DNA from: Yuukianura sp. NJ FZ-2021
Lineage: Eukaryota
Direction: 5' to 3'
DNA length: 64,000 bases
NCBI GenBank assembly: GCA_046563655.1
Contig: CM102290.1
Span: 9,982,001 to 10,046,000, forward strand
Each line of letters starts with the position of its first letter. Position 1 is the first letter of the stretch. Of this stretch, positions 49,001-60,700 are shown in pieces. Below the pieces are notes generated by a model, which did not search any database, was not told the origin of the DNA, and saw only the letters and a list, made by a program, of their open reading frames with translations. Position numbers and translations under genes: made by a program.

Positions 49001-52000
49001 CTACTACTTTACTACTCAAAAGCATTTTGTTCTGCATGGCATAAATTTTGATTTTTGATGTGATGTTTTTTTTTCTGTTATGATTTTGTTTGTTTTATGT
49101 TGAAAAACTAACTCTTTCACTTGATGCTGCATGCGTGCTGCTCCCCCTGCTTTCACTACTGAAACTGACTGTCTCTTGGTCTGGTCGTTCATGGACGCAG
49201 AGGAGGCAAAACCAGAGAGACAACGGCGTTGGTCTGACTCTGAGAAAAATCCTGGGACCGGCGCTCAAAGTAAGTTTTATGGAAATGAGAGCACCGAACT
49301 GGTTTAAACCAAAACATCAACAGAAATTAGTTCAAATGAAAGAGTCCAAGTAGAATTGGCTGTACAACAAACGCAAGTACTCGGTTCACCTATACTTGGT
49401 GTAAACTTGCCTTGGCTCGCGAATCTAGCATGCCAGCGTTGTCACAGCTAGGAAGCAACTTGGTGTGAGCGACTTGCAAACTTTGTATAGCCAGCCATAG
49501 GTTAGCAAACTTGCGGCACTTATGTTGGTAGAGCTAGCTGACTTCGTGCAGCTATCAAACTTGGTGCAAACCTGACGTGGCTAGCAAACTTATGTGCGCG
49601 AAAGTTGTCGCAGCTATTCAAATTCGCGCAGCTAGGAAACTTGTTTAGGCTAGGTTAATGTTGAACCATACTCATTGTTGAGCTAATTCCATTTGAGCCG
49701 ATTACGGTTGAGCGAATGACTTGAAAAGAGAGAGGAAGTTAGGCGATGAATATGGAAGTGAAAGTGAGTGAAAGCGAAGGGAGAAGGAAGTGAAGCGACG
49801 ATTCCTTCATTTTGTCGCTTGTTCCTCGAACCGGAGATGACGACCCTCTCAGAGACAAACCCCATCAAACTGAAATAAAGTTTTTTAGCACGGTTCAATA
49901 AAAATGAGGCTGTTGTAGCCATTTGAATGAGGAACAACGGTGAGAGGGGACGCTGGAGGTAGAGGGACTTGGAAGGCGCTGCCACTGCAGTTCAACATTT
50001 TCTTCAGGAAGGGCTAAAGGAAATCGGGTGACGGATTTTGGAAATGACAAAAAAAAATTGAGTTCCGGGAATTGTCTCAGCCCATCCGCCCCTCTTTTTT
50101 CGCTTCGCCAGCGCCAACACTTTTACTTTTTTTTTCTTCTAGCACGAGAAACTGAAGCGTTTTTACTCTTCGGTTTTTTTCTTACGAACAACTTTGCTCA
50201 ATTTGTTGTTCGCCTTTCGGCTAATACGAAATTGAGCCAAGTTCAACTTTTTTTTTGGGGGGCGGGGGATGAAGTTACGGAGGGGAGGGAGGGGTGTGAG
50301 AACTTTTGTGGTAGAGGAAAGAGAAAGTTTGTCTAAATAGGGCTGATGACAATGGGTCATGTTAGGTTAGGTCTTCGTCAGTGATAAAGTTTTTTTTTTC
50401 CCTTACCCGGGTCGGATAACCACTAGCCTTCGGGGGGTACAATTTCTTCGGTTGAAGTAGGGCTGTTGAGACACACTTGTACCCATTAAGCAAATACCAC
50501 TAGCCGTACCGCTCTAGTAAACTTCAACACCCAAGACTTCCGCAATAAGTTCAAATCAGTTATGAATTTTGCAAGAAACGTTTTGTGGGCGGAATTTTTG
50601 AGAAATTTTGAAACTAGTTGAGGGAAAAAGTGGCAACCTGGTATGAAGTGATTCGATGCGTAGTATATTACGGTGAAAGTGCTTTCACATGCGTTTCCAA
50701 ATACTTGGAAATTAGACGGATTACGCAGTACCGTCAGTCGCAATTGATGCAAAAAACGGAATCCCGTGTTTAACATTTGGAAAAAGTTTGAAAGGATCTC
50801 TTAAGCCTTGCATGATACAGTCTGCGGTTGGTGAAATGGAAAAAAGGGGGATTACTCATAATGCGAAATTGTGGAGAAAGGAGGAAGAAAAAGTTGACTC
50901 AATATTTCTTTTCTTGTTCTGGTTTTGATGATGAAAGCGGATTTTGTGTATGGAATTCGGATTTCTTTGCAAGTAAGACGCTAGGATTCGGTGCTCTTGT
51001 TTCTCCATCCTGTGTTCCTTCACCCACCAACATCCCTGTGAAGCGCAGAAATTGGTTTCTGCGTTGTCCTTATCCTTAAACTTTTGTGTCACTGGTTCCC
51101 TTTATGTTCTCATTTCTTATCGAGATTATTATTTCGTGCCTTGCGACGGAACTTTCTGTCGTCGTAGAAACAGCAGCGACTGTTTCAGATTTTTTTTACG
51201 GTATTGTTTGTTTTTGTGGTTGTTTTGCAGGCGAGGGAGTGAACGGAGAGGAGGTAGAAGCACTCCAACACCAAAGCACCTTCTCACATAGCAGCAAAGA
51301 GGTGAGTCAGCCAAAACAGATCAAACGAAAATTTCCCGCTTTGTTTCAGAGTTGAAACGGATTTCTTTTGGGGGAAGGATTTTTTTTATGTGGTTTACCG
51401 CTTGGATGGATTTACGAATCATATTTTATTAGTTGGATATTTACGAACAGTGAGAGTCCTGCTGCAGGCCGTCGTTTTTCTTTTCTTTTTTTTTAATTTT
51501 CTACTCAGCATCATTGTCAATTCCTTGCAATTTTCTAGTCAGCGTCGTCAGTTTCTTACGATATTTTTTGGTACTTTTTTCGCGCTTTTCTTTTCAAAAT
51601 CAGAATCGATTCGCTGTGAGTTTGTAATTAGCGTTTCCTCTTTTCTCATCAGATTTTACTCCTTTGAGATTTTCTACAGAATCTGTAATCACAATCAGAG
51701 TCTCTTCTTTTTCCTGCGATTTTGTAATCATCTTCAGGGTTTTTTTTTGTGAATTTGAACCGGCACGAATTTTTAAAAAAGTTTTAAGGAGTGCCAATTT
51801 CTGACGAGATTTCTAATCACACAGTCAGTTCCTTGCGGTGTCTTAATTATAATTAGCATCAATTTCTTTGTGATCTTCCAAACAAATCTCAGTTAGAATA
51901 TGAAAACCATGCTATTCGTACTGAACGTTAGGTTATGTTGCGAGGGAAGTTAACTTTCGAGTGCGATAAGGTTATTTTTAATTGAATAAAATAATTTTGT

Positions 52001-52170
52001 AAATGTTGCCTTATTTACTGAGATTTTGTGTGTTGTTGCAGGGGTCACCTACCAAGGATATTTCAACTGAGGACTCATCGTCAAAGGCGGAGAAGAAGAA
52101 AAAGAAGAAGGGACTCAAAACACCGTCCTTCCTGAAGAAGAAGAAGGAGAAGAAGAAGGGGGAGGCCTAA
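43064..52170 (+). CDS. hts: Adducin (hu li tai shao-like) with alternatively spliceable tail exons; probable 5'UTR exon ending at 39842
   Basis: [67 protein letters not shown], and a terminal MARCKS-like domain [22 protein letters not shown]. Small tail exons at about 47861-47914, 48119-48199, 48910-48969, 49201-49269, 51231-51301 and 52042-52170. Confidence 0.96.
49400..49645. repeat. Degenerate short-period repeat (gctagcaaacttg-like core) in an adducin intron
   Basis: Recurring gctagcaaactt / gctatcaaacttg / gctaggaaacttg / gttagcaaacttg motifs at irregular spacing. Confidence 0.6.
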
Positions 52171-54724
52171 GGGGGCCCTTGAGTCCTCCTCTTTCGATCA
52201 AGGCTACACAACCAAACGAAGCACTCTCCAGTCTCTCTCTCCTTCTAGTTGAACAGTCTCCATTCCTAACTGCAACCAACGCAAGAGCAGCACTTAGGCC
52301 ATCTTAGGCTCTTAGGCTTCAGTGGCTACTGTGGCATGGACTGCCTTTTAATCCGGGAGTAGTATTAGGGGCTGGGACTTTGCATAAAGTATAATCTTAA
52401 AACTAATCTTAATTAAGGCCATCAATGACTTTCCTAAAAGCTAGGGCTATTTAGACTTTGGATTTTGAGAGTTTAGGCTAAAAATCAAGCTATTCAGTGT
52501 ACTACTACGTTAATCTTACATTACATATTAGACCTACGAAACAGCTTTCAACCCGAAACGGCTTTCTTGTCCACTCTTGCCCCATCGTGAGCAACTTCTT
52601 AACTTCTCCCACAAAGTAGGTAGAAAGCTCGGGGGGCCCTTTGTTCCTTGAGAGTATCCAAATTAGGTCACACGGCCTAATTTAGGCTAGGCTAGGTTAA
52701 AAACCTAACCTAATTTGGCCAATCTCCATGAAACAGTGGTAAATTACATGTTTTGAGGCCAATTCCAGGGTTGTGAGGGGGGTTCTTTCACCCACCCCAC
52801 TGTCCCACAGCGGCTTTTATGACCCCCTCCCCCTTCAAAAGTCACTCGACTCACCTGTGCTGGCGGCTAGTGTGCCTTTGCTTCCACCTCCGCGTCCCTC
52901 CCCCCAATTTTGTTGCCCCCTTTCTTTGTTCAGAGTGGGTGGGTTTGGTGGGGAGATGGGGTGGGGTGGGTCTAACTTTTGATGCCTACTAATCCCTCTA
53001 ATTACTCCTCAGACAGAAGTTTAATGGTCTCTCACCCAAGGGGAGTCGCTGGAGTGAGTTTTAACTGGGTTAAGTCCAACTTTTACTTTCAGTCGCTGCT
53101 TTCACTTCCCCTCCCCCAGCTTTCCCCCTACGCTCCCCCTCTTTTCTGGCGGCCACTTTGTGACTCCTCTTTCTCATGCTAATGTTCCCAGGGAGTTATT
53201 GAGTGTGGATGATGGGAAGAATAAAAAGGGCTTTTGGAAGGCTGTGGCTCCCTTGGAATCAAGTCTCTGCTGGTTTGATGTGTTCCTTTCTCGGGAAACG
53301 ACTGACTGTGAGAGAAAGTTGAACGCCGCGCCGTTCCTTTACCTCTCATTATTGATTCCGACTTGAACAGGAGTTTGATTGAGAAGCAGGATGATGGGCA
53401 CATCACGCTGTCTTCTGGAGGGATTAAAATGTGGAAACCTCTTAGTCAAAAGGACTCGGGGAAAAGACTCAGTATTTACGTTATGCTTAGGTTTTACCTG
53501 GGTTGCTTAGGGTTTGCTTAGACTTACTGACTTACACAAGTAACCTACGTTAGGATCCAATCTCGTCTTGGAAGGAAAATGGGAAGACTTGCAAAGTTTT
53601 GTGTTCGTAGACTCAATCAAAAGAGAACGAGACGAGGAAAAGGGAGAGATGAACATTGGGCAAAAGAGGGAAGTTTGAAAAAAAAAGTTATTTGGGAAAA
53701 GATTTATTTTGTTGAGGAGAGAAATTGAATGATGAAAGTGTTTGTTGCTGAGGTTTGGTGGGGACCATGCTGAGTGACGAACAATTTTAGTTTTTTTGTC
53801 TGGTTTTGCCATGAGTTTAGCCTCGTAACCTCTCACAAAGTGAAAGTCCTGTTCCAAATTGGGTAATGCCCATCACTGGCAAACGGGTTAAAAGTTGAGG
53901 CGGAAAAGTTGTTGAAATTTATTATTCAGAAAAGTCGCCTATCCTAGTCCCCTAATCTCTCTCAATTGACTTTCTCTACTGAAAAATCAACTAACTCAAG
54001 CACACTTTCACTTTCGCTTTCTCCAATTTCCTTCCTGTCCCTTCCTCACCTCTCCGAAGGCTCCACTGGGCACATTTACATTTACAATTCAAAGTTGGAG
54101 CCTTCTAGAAGATGGTTGAGGCTCTTCACGATGCCATCAATTTCTTTCCTCGTTCCTTCTGCACCCTCTTCAAAAACTTCTAAGACAAATGGAGGCAGAG
54201 CAGGAGAGAAAACTTAAGGAAAGCCAGAAAAAGACGTTTGAAGCTAGATTGTTATTTGACTAATTTGAGTTTTGTTGGATGAGGCAAAGTCGACCAGAAC
54301 CTCAAGTTGTCAAATGGACTAGAATTCAAACGAGAGGATTTTATTCAAATTATTTGGGGCGGGAAATTGATTGTCTTAAGCTGGAGGAACGTTTCAAGCA
54401 CCGCGGCCTCGTTTTTGAACTTTTCTGTGCCAGAAAAACGAAACTACTCGAGAGTAAAGTTTGGTGGTGGACTACCACATCACTTTGCGGTTCCATGGCT
54501 CTCTCTCTCCCTCTCTCACTCTGCTTGTTGCTTTCACCATCATCACCAATCTTATGGAAGGTCGGAAATCCACCAATCGTTGGAAACGTCGGAAATCATC
54601 TGACACGGCGCTGCCGTACTACCCTGCTCCTGCCTCCGGATAGTCCTCTGGAGGATGTGGAACTTTGTGCTTCGGCTTCTGATGTTTGGTAACGTTTGTG
54701 AACTCGAACTGACTTTGACTGGGG

Positions 54725-57700
54725 TCAGCAAGCCAACTGGAAGTCAGTCGCCATTGTATCATCAAATGGTAAAGCAGTCCGAAGAGACAACTACAAAATC
54801 AAACAAAAACAAAATGGAATCAGTTTGAGAGCTTTTGAATAAATTTACAATTTCATTTCCCTTTCATTTTTGAAATTCGACGCCTCCGGATCATTCATTC
54901 CTTCGCTACTAACATTCTTTTTATTCGCAGAACTTTTACGCCATCTCTTCACGAAAAACTTTAAAAAAATACGAAGAATTTTAAGGAATATTGAAAACTC
55001 CAAAATGGAATATCAAGTTTTTTGTGAAATTTCGTCAAAATCTAAGGGTACCTTTTTAGATTTTCTAAAAATACTCCATATTTTTGTGAATTCAGGGGCG
55101 AAGAGTTTACCTCTCTATCGCTCTCCGTTCCCGAGATATGAATTTTCCAAGTTTTTGAAAATTAAAATGAAATTTTGAAATTTTATATCTCGTGAACGGA
55201 AAGCGATAGAGATCTAATCTCTTCACGAAAAACTTTCAAAAAGTAGGAAGAATTTTTAGTAATATTAAAAACTCCAAAATGGAACATCAAGTTTTTCGTC
55301 AAATTTTGAAAAAAACCATGGACTATAGTCCATGGTTTTTTGTGAAATTTCGTCAAAATCTGAGGGTACCTTTTTAAATTTTTTTAAAATACTACATATT
55401 TTTGTGAATTCAGCGGCGAAGAGTTTACCTCTCTATCGCTCTCCGTTCCCGAGATATGAATTTTCCAAGTTTTTGAAAATTAAAATGAAATTTTGAAATT
55501 TTATATCTCGTGAACGGAAAGCGATAGAGATCTAATCTCTTCACGAAAAACTTTCAAAAAGTAGGAAGAATTTTTAGTAATATTAAAAACTCCAAAATGG
55601 AACATCAAGTTTTTTGTCAAATTTTGAAAAAAACCATGGACTATAGTCCATGGTTTTTTGTGAAATTTCGTCAAAATCTGAGGGTACCTTTTTAAAATTT
55701 TTTTAAATACTATATATTTTTGTGAATTCAGCGGCGAAGAGTTTACCTCTCTATCGCTCTCCGTTCCCGAGATATGAATTTTCCAAGTTTTTGAAAATTA
55801 AAATGAAATTTTGAAATTTTATATCTCGTGAACGGAAAGCGATAGAGATCTAATCTCTTCACGAAAAACTTTCAAAAAGTAGGAAGAATTTTTAGTAATA
55901 TTAAAAACTCCAAAATGGAACATCAAGTTTTTCGTCAAATTTTGAAAAAAACCATGGACTATAGTCCATGGTTTTTTGTGAAATTTCGTCAAAATCTGAG
56001 GGTACCTTTTTAAAATTTCTAAAATTACTCCATATTTTTGTGAATTCAGCGGCGAAGAGTTTACCTCTCTATCGCTCTCCGTTCCCGAGATATGAATTTT
56101 CCAAGTTTTTGAAAATTAAAATGAAATTTTGAAATTTTATATCTCGTGAACGGAAAGCGATAGAGATCTAATCTCTTCACGAAAAACTTTCAAAAAGTAG
56201 GAAGAATTTTTAGTAATATTAAAAACTCCAAAATGGAACATCAAGTTTTTCGTCAAATTTTGAAAAAAACCATGGACTATAGTCCATGGTTTTTTGTGAA
56301 ATTTCGTCAAAATCTGAGGGTACCTTTTTAAAATTTCTAAAATTACTCCATATTTTTGTGAATTCAGCGGCGAAGAGTTTACCTCTCTATCGCTCTCCGT
56401 TCCCGAGATATGAATTTTCCAAGTTTTTGAAAATTAAAATGAAATTTTGAAATTTTATATCTCGTGAACGGAAAGCGATAGAGATCTAATCTCTTCACGA
56501 AAAACTTTCAAAAAATATGAAGAATTTTTAGTAATATTGAAAACTCCAAAATGGAACATCAAGTTTTTCGTCAAATTTTGAAAAAAACCATGGACTATAG
56601 TCCATGGTTTTTTGTGAAATTTCGTCAAAATCTGAGGGTACCTTTTTAAAATTTCTAAAATTACTCCATATTTTTGTGAATTCAGCGGCGAAGAGTTTAC
56701 CTCTCTATCGCTCTCCGTTCCCGAGATATGAATTTTCCAAGTTTTTGAAAATTAAAATGAAATTTTGAAATTTTATATCTCGTGAACGGAAAGCGATAGA
56801 GATCTAATCTCTTCACGAAAAACTTTCAAAAAGTATGAAGAATTTTTAGGAATATTGAAAACTCCAAAATGGAACATCAAGTTTTTCGTCAAATTTTGAA
56901 AAAAACCATGGACTATAGTCCATGGTTTTTTGTGAAATTTGGTCAAAATCTGAGGGTACCTTTTTAAATTTTTTTAAAATACTACATATTTTTGTGAATT
57001 CAGCGGCGAAGAGTTTACCTCTCTATCGCTCTCCGTTCCCGAGATATGAATTTTCCAAGTTTTTGAAAATTAAAATACAAGTGTGAACAAAATTAAAATA
57101 CGAAATAAACTGGAAATAAATCTTTTTTCGTCGTTTCACTTCTTGTTTGCCGACACACATGAAAATTAGATTTCCCAATTTGGAAAAACTAAGTTTAAGA
57201 TCGATGCTTGGTTAGTTTTACACATAGAAAGGAAATGCTTGTATTTTATTGAATTTGAAAAAAAATGTAATTTTCAAAATCGATGACTATTCTAAAACTT
57301 GTTGACTCTACGTGGTTGCAAATAAATGTCCGAGCCTATATAACGATGTTTAATTTTTTTTTCTTGTATAATCTTGATGCACAACACAATATTCCCATCA
57401 AAGTCACGACATGAAAAAAAACACTAAAAATGATTTAATACAAGCTAGAGGAACTTCCGGTCGTTAGTAGCAAGCGTTGCGTCGTATTCTGTGGCCCAAA
57501 TCCAAACCATTTATTCCTCGTCATTAACAGCTCAACAGAGTCAGTCAACAGTCACACTTTGTTCAAATTCAAACAAGGGAAAAAATTAGCACATGCTTCT
57601 AGAAGGAAATTTAAATTTTGGAATTCCTAATACTTCCAATTGACTTTCAAATTTACCCAAAATTAATCAAATGTGCAAAAATTTCAATTTTATAAAGAAA

Positions 57701-60700
57701 AAAAAAACAAGTTAAGACAAATGTTATACCGAATTTACTCAGCTACTTTTCGGAAATAAATCAGCCAGGAGCCCCGCAACTACAGAACAAAAACTTTTTT
57801 TTTGGTTGAAGTATGTCAACTCCGCTCGGTTTGTACTTACCCTGCATTATTTTTTTCTGATTTATGCAAAATTTGGCATGCGCGACAAACACACCACGCT
57901 GGTACAACGGCAACTGCTGACGTACTTCAACAGACTTAATTTAGCTGAGTCACACAAAGAAGGCGTTGGTTGAAGCAGGTGAAAACCGGAAGTGAAAGTC
58001 ATAAAGCAAATCTGTTTTTAATGATCGGAGGCCAACTGTTCCCTCTTCCAGACACGCAATGAAGGACCAATAATATTCTACTTTTTGAAAAGGAATTTTA
58101 GAACAGGAATTTTCTGAAATTCCAGAAAAAAAATGCGGGACATTAGCCTAAAACGGGTCTTTCATGAACGCAGGACGTCGGAACCTTAAATGTTTTTAAG
58201 ATGCAGGGTGATATTTGTCATAATTTTAAATCAATAAAATTCATCGACTTCTCGTACCCTTACAGATCAACATTTCTTGAAAAGAAAACTTTTCAAAAAG
58301 GAAGTTTTTTCTTTCTTAGAAGTCTATTCTCCTACTTTTTGATTAGAATTGAAACTCAAGGAAAGTCTTTAAAGAGAACCAAAACCCTTAAAACTGTCAT
58401 AACTCTCGAAGTGCATCAGATTACAAAATTGGCTTCAAAAAATGTAAAAGTCTAAAAAACCCTAAAGTTTTTTTTTAAATCTAAGTTTGGTTTACTTTTA
58501 CTTCTTCACTTTCGAGCGCTTATCACCGTCGGACAATCTGTAAAAGACTTGGAGCCAGAGAATATGCGTGTTTTTTCTATTGAAGAAAACAAGGGAAGGT
58601 TTTTCGTTGTTCTGAAACAGCTAGAAGCGACGACGACATTTTAAAAGCGTGTCGACTGACGACACTCAAATTCAAATTTGAAGCGACACGTTTTGTATTT
58701 TTTGGCTATTTTTCCATCTTTAGCGTCCCAACTTTTTTTTGTTTCGTTTTTTTCTTCTTCTCTCACTCCGAACAGGTTTTCTGGGTGTTTCGCTGTTTCT
58801 CACCTGAGTTAATCTGGCGAGTCGCGGCCTCAATCCTCCTGGTCTGTATTGCTTTCGAATACGATTTGGACAGCAGACACACAGAAGACGCCCAAAAGCT
58901 CTGGAAAGAGAAAACATCAAAAAACATCAAAAGACGCAGGAAAATCGAAATCGGACACCTTTCTTCAGCGAGTGCTACATTCTGGTCCAGATTTTGACCA
59001 AATTTGCATCATACTTTCACACCGTCCAAATTTCAACCAAAAACCTTTGGACGCTGGACCAAAACTTTCTTCCCATAGTTTGTTACGAGAAGACTTCGCA
59101 CCGTTGAAATTTCGACCCACAGATTTTGAACCGTCCAGGGTTTTTTGGACGTCCAACCTTTGACTTGGCAAGTGAGTTTCTCTACTGTCAGAGTAGAAAT
59201 CTTTAACATGTCTCGAGGACTCCGTGCCAAAGTGAGCCAGGAAGTGAAGACGTCAAGACAAAAATAGAGACATCACCTTCCGAAACTGTTTTAGTTCTTA
59301 CACGGTACTGGTTCATTGGCAACAGCAACCGAACGACGCTGAGCCCACTGCTCTTGAGACTCGCAGTTTCAAGTACTAGGATGGGAAGGATGTAAAACAG
59401 AGGAAGCCATCAATTATGCCATCACTCACCAAGCACCGATCCAGACCAATTAAGGTCAGAGACCAAGGTCAACCACACATACCAAAAACCCCCCACGCCC
59501 TTTTGAAACGAAACATCATAATTATGCGTTCTGCTGCACCTAAATTAAGTTCAATCTTCCCAAAGATTCTTTTCTTTTGAGAGAGGGAACTGCGGCTCGT
59601 CCCACAAACTTTCACCATTTTTCTAAAATCACAATAAATCACTTCAAATCAAATGTTTGATGTTCGAATCTTACGTAGATCTAACTTTCTGTCAATCTGC
59701 CAGCGTCCATAGACTAAAGAAATCTCCGCTCACCCTTCTTCAACCTAACATGGGTTAACATACTTTCACCACCTAAGTTGGTAGCGAAGCGAATTATTGT
59801 TAACATGGGTTAACGTATTTCTAATAGCATATGGGTAAATGCACTTTTCGCTAGAGCAGAATATGGGTTAAACTATTAACTATTATAGAATATGGCTTAT
59901 CGTTCTTCCATTACAAACGAATATGAACACAGAAATCAATTCACAAAAATTGATGGGTTTTCCGGACTACTGAAAATTGAACATCCGTTCAAATTCAAAA
60001 CCTCGCGCTCCATTCGTCCTGCCTGGTTTTTTTTAGGAGATTCAAATTCTATGAACTCGCTTTTGTTTTACAGTCATATTTCGAGTTTATAGCTTCCGCA
60101 TGTCCAAATGCTAGGGTATTAAGGTGTAAGTATGTTGTTTGCCCACCTCTGCTGGACTGCGGAGAAGGAAACAAATGGGCACCCATATCTCATCCCGCCA
60201 AAACAGCGACTCACCTCCGTTTCATCCACGTCTTCTTTCCTTAGCTTCACCAAAATTCCCCAACGAAAGGAATGTAACTAGGAAATCCTAAATTTCCAAG
60301 GACTTGACAGATTTCCTCTACAGGGGCAGAATCCCTAAGGAATTACTGTCCCAGGACCATGATACAACGAGGACCTCATAACGGCTCCATTTCATCCTAA
60401 TACCCGCTTCCTACTCAGAAACTCCCGCCTTCCAAACACCAAATACTAACAATGGCTGGGCGGAGCTTCCAACGTCTTCAAGTTCAAAATCAGCTCGCAG
60501 CCTCAGCTTCAATCAAAAACCTCAATCTCCGTCTCAACCAGTGAACTTTTCCATCAAACTTCTATTCTCCTACTACCGCAAAGCACAATAGACTACTGAA
60601 ACGTACCTGCTACAACTCGCTAATCCTAACCGAACAATAATTTTTAACATACATTTGCGAAACAACAATTCTAAGCGCACGCCAGCGGAAACAGTACGCC

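Noticed and set aside
52773..54692. Plus-strand ORFs downstream of adducin
   Set aside because: Low-complexity UTR-like sequence between convergent genes, without splice structure or homology.
54943..57078. CRISPR-like appearance of regularly spaced palindromes
   Set aside because: The sequence between palindromes is near-identical rather than unique spacers, the period is 318 bp, the context is eukaryotic and there are no cas genes.
58785..59171. Plus-strand ORFs and an apparent GTGAGT donor at about 59171
   Set aside because: Antisense to a clear Dop1R2 exon (58900-58804), with no recognisable product.
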